A DNA stretch of 64,000 nucleotides, counting the filler, from Malassezia furfur (taxonomy: Eukaryota): NCBI GenBank assembly GCA_052055015.1. It is 3 parts of 3 records of this genome, joined end to end, with 100 filler letters (N's around TTAATTAATTAA, not from the genome) between each part and the next. Parts side by side here need not be neighbours in the genome. Positions count along the whole stretch, not along the records: positions 49,202 to 64,000 come from JBQJIT010000282.1; 2 more parts are not named here. One strand, written 5' to 3'. The position numbers and the translations under genes were made by a program. The notes under the pieces were generated by a model that ran no database searches, had not been told where the DNA came from, and saw only the letters and a list, made by a program, of their open reading frames with translations. Each line of letters begins with the position of its first letter. Positions within the stretch are counted from its first letter, which is position 1. Positions 57,031 to 64,000 of the stretch are shown piece by piece.

Positions 57031-57086
57031 CGCCGAAGCCGAAACCCGCGGGGGACGCGTCGCGTCGAAATCAAAGGGAATCCAAG

Positions 57087-58205
57087 CTACTCCACATGCC
57101 CGTGCGAATCGCCCAGCATCAGCTGCAGCAGCCGCGGGGTGATCGAACCCAACACTACCAACGAAAGACAGTGGGTCGTCCGGTGTGTCAAACTCACATC
57201 CTGGGATGGCATCTGTACACGCATCCCTGACACGCGCGGCGCAGGCGACATGGTGCGCGCATGAATCGGGTGGTCATGATCGAGCGGGTGGTGGGAATGC
57301 CCGCCGGCATGGGTGCCTTCGCTCGCGTCCGCCGTGAGCTCGAGCACGGCGTGCATCGCGACATAGAGGAACGTGCCACCAGAAAAGCTCAGGATCGCAC
57401 CAATGTCGCGCGCATTGATCGTCGCTTCCGCTCCGCCCGTGACGCGGAAGACGAACTGGATGGCCGCATACGTCGAGATGGCACCCACGGGCGTCGCAAG
57501 ACTGAACACCAGGATTGCCCACCGGATATCGGTCCGACTCAGCTGCAGCGACATGAGTAATGTACAGGTGCCGATCGACGCGGGTGCTTTGTGGACCATG
57601 ATGGCCAGCACCACGACAATGCGCAGCGAGGAGTCGGGGCTGTCGACCGACGCACCCAGTGCAATGCCGTCGGCCAGGGCGTGGATAATTAGGCCAAGTA
57701 GGCTGCTCAGCGCGCCCAGGAAGTTGGTGCTGGACGGTAGCCAGCCGTTATTTTGCTCTTCATCAATCGAGTACCAGGGCACGTCATCGTCCGTCTGTTC
57801 CAGGTCCGAGACGCGGTTGTGAGCGTGCGAGTGTGTGCCGCGCCGCTGCATTTTTGCCATCATTTGCCGGTCGACGCTGGGTTAGGCACAGGGCATAACA
57901 TACATGAACATTAACAAAAAGCCCGACAGCAGGCACGCTGCAATCAAGTCTTTCGAGGTGAGGTGCGTATTGGATTCCCGCACCGGCTCGCCGTCGCGGC
58001 ATAGGTTGCCCCCTTTGTATACGCTCGCAATGCCCTCGGGAATCACCACCGTAAGCGCTGCGCCGAGTAGCAGTCCCGAGCCCCACAGCTCCAGCATTCG
58101 CAGTCCATTCCGCGAGAGCTGAAAGAAGAGGGGCAGCGTCCCGATGGCGTAGGTACCCAACGCCATCGCGACGCACACCCCCGCCAGCCCCACGACGTCC
58201 CACAT
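57087..58205 (-). CDS. ZIP-family metal transporter (Atx2/ZIP9-like)
   Basis: GLLLGAALTVVIPEG, GLIIHALADGIALG, HKAPA, FSGGTFLYVA and His-rich loops. 27-nt intron at 57877-57903. Confidence 0.9.
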
Positions 58206-58391
58206 GTGCGGTGGGTAAGCGGTATGTTTCTTCGGCCGATGAGATGAGCGGGCGTCAGCTAGCACATACCGCCTGCAAAGTGGAGGCGCCAAAGCCTGCA
58301 TAGGGTTTCCCCGCACTCGGTGTGTCGCGTTGTACAGCGCGCACAGGGCCGGTCAAACCTTGCACAGGTGCACCCTACTTTGCACAGCTAT

Positions 58392-59472
58392 TTAGAGGCG
58401 AGCCGAAGGGCCGTTGACATAGGCATACGTGCTGCGGATGCGCTCCTCAGCTTCCTTCTCGATGCGCGCGACGAGTTCCTTGCACGTAGGCTGCGTAAGT
58501 CACCACATACGTACAATATCGTGGATCAAGCCAAGCGTCTGCCCTGCCGTCCAGACGCCTGCATCTGGATCACCCTTTGTGTACACGGTGCGGCCGCGTT
58601 GACCAGAAACGAGCGGCTGAATCTCCTTGAATTCGACGTGCCGTGCCTCCAGCTCGAGAACCTCCTTGGTAATTTTGTTTTTGAACACGCGCGTCGTGTT
58701 GCGCAGACTGCGCAGAATATGCGCCGTATCGCGCTCACCCGACTGCACAATAACCTGCTTGATCTTGTCGTCGATCTCACTCTCCTTCGTGGCCATGAAA
58801 CGCGTACCCATGTTCGCACCCACGGCTCCAAGCGCCAGCGTTGCAGCCAGTCCACGCCCATTCGCGACACCACCGGACGCAATGAAAGGTGCCTTGACCT
58901 GGTCGGCCGCCAGCGCAAGCAGCACAAGCCCACCAATGTCGTCCTCACCCGGGTGTCCTGCGCATTCCCCTGTGTGTTAGTGCCGTGGTGATGCCAAGGT
59001 ACTTACAGCCATCAATGCTCAGCATGTCTGCACCCAGACGCAGCGCGGTCTGTCCATGACGGATGGCCGTACACTTGTGGATTACGAACGCACCGGCGTC
59101 CTTAAGAATCTTGATGACCGGCCCCGGATTGTTCCCCGCAGTCTCAAAAATACGCACGCCAGCTTCAAGAGCCGCCCGCGCATACCCTTCATAGTCCGGC
59201 GGAACAACTGCAGGGAGAAGAGTGATGTTGACGCCGAAAGCGCCATACTTGGTGCGCTCTTTGGCAATCTCGGGGTCGATAAGCGAGCGCGCGTGCTCAA
59301 TAGCTCGCTTGAGCTCCTCCGGCGAAGGCTGGGTCAGGGCGGTCATGATACCCAGTGCACCAGCGTTTGAAGCAGCAGCCGCAAGGGCAGGCGTGCCAAC
59401 CCACTGCATGCCGCCCATCACCAGCGGCACACGCAGGCCCAGCGTTTCAGTCAGGTACGTCTTAATCGGCAT
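58392..59472 (-). CDS. Nitronate monooxygenase / 2-nitropropane dioxygenase family flavoprotein
   Basis: GGMQWVG, DG/WECAGHPGEDD, ASGG..GRG, MGTRF. Introns at 58970-59006 (37) and 58491-58514 (24). Confidence 0.9.
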
Positions 59473-59557
59473 CGTAGTGTGTTTCAGAAGCCGGTCGTGT
59501 CACGTGACTCACTCGGGCGTCCTCGCGACCGCAACGACGGTAGCACCACGCATTACG

Positions 59558-60308
59558 ATGAATATTTTTCGGCTGTTAGGTGACCTGTCGCACATTGCGT
59601 CGATCCTGATTTTGATCCATAAGATCACGACGTCACGGTCAGCGCGAGGTAAGAGCGTGCGCACTGACAGCAGGCATTTCGTTCAAGACACAGGCGCTGT
59701 ACGCGACCGTCTTTGTCGCGCGCTACCTTGCGCTGTTTTCGCCCCCTGTGTTCTACCTGATTGTCATGAAGATCTTCTTCCTGGCAAGCTCATTCTATGT
59801 GATTTACTTGATGAAGTTCAAGTTCCGGTACGTGCGTGACGACTTATGCAGCTCGCGCGTGGAAGTGGACATTGACACGATCCGGCTTGAATATTTGCTG
59901 GGCGGGAGCGCAGTGCTGGCCCTGCTGTTCAACTACAAGTTTACTTTGCTCGAGATCCTTTGGTCGTTCAGCATTTTCCTGGAGGCTGTCGCGATCCTCC
60001 CGCAGATGTTCCTGCTGCAACGCCTGGGCGAGGCTGAGACGATCACGACGCATTACATCTTTGCACTCGGCGCTTACCGCACCATGTATCTGTTGAACTG
60101 GGTGTACCGGTACGTTGCATCAAAGCTGACGCAGTCTCATCTTCGAACACAAGCACCATTTCGACTACATTGCGTTCATTGCCGGTCTCGTACAGACCGG
60201 GCTGTATGCGGACTTTTTCTACAGTACGTTGTGCACTTAGCACCATGAACTAACGCAGTCTATTACGAGAAGGTCCTGCATGGCAAAAAATTCGAGCTGC
60301 CTGCGTGA
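59558..60308 (+). CDS. ERD2: ER lumen protein-retaining (HDEL/KDEL) receptor
   Basis: MNIFRLLGDLSH, GISFKTQ, LEAVAILPQ, YRTMYLLNW, KFELPA*. Introns at 59649-59673 (25), 59828-59851 (24), 60110-60134 (25) and 60224-60258 (35). Confidence 0.95.
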
Positions 60309-60513
60309 AGCGGTTCCCACGGATGGGTGCGCAATGGCTTCGTATATATCCCCTTGTGCCTGCACTCCGCGTAGACAGTAGCTCATTCCGATTGTATGGC
60401 TGACTTTTGCTGTGGTGCGTGCAAAAAATTAGACCAGCTACGCCCGTGCGGAGCAGGGGCTCAAGTTTGCGTCCCGCACAGCGGCTAGGGGAGGCGCGCT
60501 GCCCCAACGACAT

Positions 60514-60521
60514 AAAAAAAA
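60514..60521 (-). terminator. Pol III oligo-T terminator of tRNA-Glu
   Basis: T8 run immediately 3' of the tRNA. Confidence 0.8.
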
Positions 60522-60616
60522 TTCCCAATCCGGGAGTCGAACCCGGGTCTTGTCGGTGCGCTCCACAGTACGTGACTTGTGAGAGCGACATGTACTAGCC
60601 GTTGTACTAATTAGGA
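60522..60616 (-). tRNA. tRNA-Glu(CTC) with 23-nt intron
   Basis: Acceptor stem TCCTAAT/ATTGGGA, anticodon stem TGTCG/CGACA, anticodon CTC at 60581-60583, intron 60557-60579 after position 37, T-arm CCGGG-TTCGACT-CCCGG. Mature length 72 nt. Confidence 0.95.
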
Positions 60617-60694
60617 CGGCGGTTGGAGGGGATGCGTGTTTTTGCGCATGTAACTGGATGGGTCCATCTATACGGGCTATGCGTGCCACCGGGC

Positions 60695-62543
60695 CTATGA
60701 GGTTTCCTGTACAGACTCGTTCTCCGCCTCGAAGCTGCTCTCGGTGGACAGGCGCGACACATCGCCGGACCCATTTTCGGACCGCGCCGGCATCCCGCCG
60801 AGCGCCATTGGAAGCTTGCCCAGGTAGCGCGGCGGATTGCCGCACCGGTCCTTGCCAAAGCTGATTTTCATCGACTGATAGTCTTTGTGGTACTTGAGTC
60901 CCTCGATGCATTTGATCGCAGACTGGATGTTGAGGAAGTTGGCGAACGCCTGGGGTCAGTGTGGGGATACGTACGCAGTTTCGTTCCTTTAACGTGTTGA
61001 CCATTTCCAGCTCGCCGTACTGGGACAAGTCGGCGCGGATCTTGTCCTCGTTCATCATCTCGGGGTTGTCAATGTTGCCCAGGTACACGTTACGCGATGC
61101 ACCGCTCTGCACTGCAAGTGCCATCGCCGGACTCAAAGCACCCGAGGGCCGTCCCCATCCGATTTTGAGCCGCCGGTTGTGGATGGTGATGCCGGTCAAC
61201 GACGCCATATGGAAGAAGGCGAGTGCGGCATTGGCATCGATGAACGTGACAAATGCAATGTGGCGGTCAGGCATGTACCGGATATATTGCAAAATACCGC
61301 CCCGGACATGGTTGCAAATGTCTTCGGCCGTGGTGTCGGGGTGGAGATTGCCCAGGTACACGGTACGGTTGCCAAACTGGTGGTACTGCGGCTCAACGTT
61401 GCTCACCGGCGACCGCCCATCACTGTCTTCGGACGAGGCCCGGCGCTGCGGCGGGGTCCCTTCAAACATCCCAACGTTGTTTGAGCCGTAGTTCATGTAA
61501 CCTGTAGGGTAGCCGAGCCACGTCGCGGCCGCAAGTCCCATGGCGGCAGCCTGGTGGTTGTGTGCCTGGATCTGCTGCTGTCCCTTGGGCACGTAGGCAC
61601 ACCGGTCTTTGCCGTAGTTGATGCGCTTCCCGCTCCACTTGGGCTCGGTCGGAAGCGTGGCGACAGCCTTCATAGCGGTCTGAATCGAGAGGAAGTGCAC
61701 AAATGCAATGGCTTGGTCGCGCACGATTTTTACCTGGTCGATGGGCCCGAAACGTCCCAGATCGTTACGCAGGTCTTGCTCAGTGGTGTTTTCGTCAAGT
61801 TGGCCAATGTATACATTTCGTGAGGCTTGGTGTTGCTGCACAGCCATAACGACGGCGGGCGGAGGCACCGACGGTTTGCCCCACCCAATCTTGAGTTCCT
61901 GGCCGTGCAGTGAAATGTGCCGCACGCTAGAGTCTGCATGGAAAGCGGCGGCCACCTGCGCGCTCAGGAACGAGATGAACGCGCAGTTTTTGTCGGGCAG
62001 CAGTCGGACATTCTCAATCGGGCCAAACTTGACCAGGCTGAGAAGCTCGTCGACGGACGCCTCGGCGGGCAGATTGCCCACGTACACGGTGCGCCCAATG
62101 GGCACCATCGGCGGCATCTGTACACGCGCTGCCATGTTGCTAAACTCGGGCATGCTCTGAGCGAGAGGTGCACTGTACGGCGGGACATAGCCCATGGGTA
62201 TCCCTGTCGACATAGGCATCATGTAGGGCATCGATGCTCCCCAGCCTGGTACAACAGGCGCAGGCATCGGCATCCCCGCTGCCGCAGGCTGTAAGGGCAT
62301 CACCGGCGCAAAACCCGGCGCGTACGCCGCGGTCTGAGGGCCGGGTGTCACCAACTCCGCATTGGGCGCCTGGCCAGCTCCGTCGGTGTGCTGGAGATGG
62401 AGGGTATCCATAGATGTCGCCAGTGATGCGTCCGTGTTGTGCGCATTTGCTTGGCGGGTATCTGAGGGCGATGGGTTCGCTGGCCCACGGCCGGGCGACC
62501 CTGGCGTGCTGGAGGCACGCGACGCATTGCGGTCTCCGGACAT
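60695..62543 (-). CDS. MRN1: Four-RRM RNA-binding protein (Mrn1 / S. pombe Nrd1-like)
   Basis: RTVYVGNL, SRNVYIG, NRTVYLGNL, SRNVYLGN; KIGWGK and YGKDRC motifs. A 25-nt intron at 60950-60974 restores RRM4. Confidence 0.85.
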
Positions 62544-62850
62544 GCACGTGAATGAACGGCAGGACTTGCGCGAAAAGAGGCCAGAAGCGTTCCGTTCGAG
62601 TGCGCCGTGTTAAAGGCGGAGCGCAAGTTTCTTGCGTCGGACTACGTGCAGCGTCCGATGCGTCTGCCTGAAAGCGGAGAGCCGACGACACTTTGGGCGT
62701 GCCCGGCGTGTTACTCAGCCACGTGACAAGCAAGTGTCCGGGGAAATCAGGGCAGGTCGGAGGTAGCCAAGCATTTTTGGCCAGACTTTGGAGAACGAGC
62801 GCGTGCGGCTACAGACCGAAGCAACGTATATACAACGGCACGGTGTCTGT

Positions 62851-63903
62851 CTACTTTTTGATCGTATCCGTGAGAGAGGGCATGTCTGTCTTTTCGATAA
62901 AGTTCTTGACCTTCTCGTAGATCGTGAACACCACCGCTTGGCCAGGTGCCACACGCGCCACACGCGGGGTAATGCCCTTCCAGAAGGCACTCACACCCTC
63001 CTGCGCAAACATCTCGCGAGACACTGGTGGTCAGTACATTGCGTATCCACGTACCCTTCAGCACACGGCCCAGCGCAGTCTCGCCAGGCTCCTTGCTCGC
63101 CTTTTGGATACGCGTCTTGATCGTGTCGATCGGAGCGTTCGAGAAGGGACCCAGCGCACCCGAGATCAGACCGATCGTCGCAGTCTCGTACGAAGGCAGC
63201 TCATCGACCTTCTGCAGGCGCTGCGCAAGCGCCTTCAGCTCCTGGTACGCCGTGAAGTTGGCCGCCTGGTTGGTGGCCTGGCGCGCGGCCGTGAGGGCCA
63301 CACCACGGTAGAGCGTGCTAAAGCCCTCCTCGCGAATGATGGTGTAGAGAGCGTGACCGGCGTTGCGGTAGCGCGGGATCTCGTTGGGGTCCGCGAGCGA
63401 GTGCTGCTGCGCCTGCAGCCGGATCTTGACGACCTCCATGGGGTTCACGACGAGGACCGCCTCCGTCGTACCGGCACCGAGACCAGCTGCACATGTTAGA
63501 TCGGCTTTCCGACGTACCCAAAAAGACACCCTGCGGCGAGGTGACGCCCGTCTCGCGGTTCGCAAGCCAGTTCTTGTACTGCTCGAAACTCATGAAACGA
63601 ATGGCCATCTTGGGCACAATACCCGCCACGACAGCACCGAGACCCTTGTACAGGCCGAGGGGGCTCTCACGGCGGATGATGTGCATACCGGTGGCGAAGA
63701 AGCCACGCGGCTTCTCGCCGTGCGCGCGGCCACGGCGGGAAAGCTGCATGCGCACCTTGATGGTGTCGAGCGCTGATGGGTGAGAATGGGCGCCCCGCGC
63801 TGCGATACGTACGGTGACAAGTGCATGCCTCAGCAAAGCCGGCGATACCACCGGCGATCAGCTGCGTAGCAGCAGACGTTTTGGGCTTGTTGTTCACTGC
63901 CAT
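62851..63903 (-). CDS. SFC1: Mitochondrial succinate/fumarate carrier
   Basis: Three carrier repeats (PLDTIKVRMQ, PMEVVKIRLQ, PIDTIKTRIQ), PKMAIRF, RQATNQA. Introns at 63773-63812 (40), 63487-63517 (31) and 63024-63054 (31). Confidence 0.9.
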
Positions 63904-64000
63904 GGTTGAAGACGAGGTAGTAGAATGATAAAATCCGGGGGAAGATTTCCGGGCAATATGTAGTGCCGTACGCGCCGATGGAGCTTACTCCGCATTGTGC

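Noticed and set aside
60438..60694. ORF-track extension of the RRM gene across the tRNA
   Set aside because: It results from reading through intron 60950-60974; the spliced CDS stops at 60695, upstream of the tRNA.

Overview
This is eukaryotic DNA: gene-dense and GC-rich (roughly 60-68% by eye), from a compact basidiomycete yeast. The gene set, gene spacing and intron style are most consistent with a high-GC Malassezia; that assignment is an inference. The window is three contigs (1-24530, 24631-49101, 49202-64000) joined by artificial 100-bp N44-TTAATTAATTAA-N44 spacers, so neighbours across 24531-24630 and 49102-49201 are not real neighbours. I can support 37 protein-coding genes (4 cut by spacers) and one intron-containing tRNA-Glu(CTC). 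Most are housekeeping: ISWI, DSC3, KEX2, calnexin, ARG4, type I DnaJ, RCM1, GH85 ENGase, LSG1, UTP25, SHO1, COX4, GEM1, SCC2, BMS1, MIX17, PSR1, BCP1, HSP78, SMC3, TAF10, a ZIP transporter, nitronate monooxygenase, ERD2, MRN1 and SFC1. I saw no transposons, CRISPR arrays or secondary-metabolite cluster. The strongest signal is a splicing system built on ultra-short introns: 39 GT..AG introns reconstructed by hand, 21-40 nt long (median 25), with the branch point about 5-8 nt from the AG and no polypyrimidine tract. Several are in-frame and invisible to ORF calling. Other points worth checking: an in-frame CBS-pair::TAF10 fusion; a kinase that may be fused to a glomulin/Ybp-like domain; a base-paired intergenic region at about 23960-24190 (candidate ncRNA); an ERD2 with D50A; a possibly membrane-tethered bZIP; a +1 frameshift in PSR1; and recurrent CACGTG, RRPE and HSE motifs in very short promoters.
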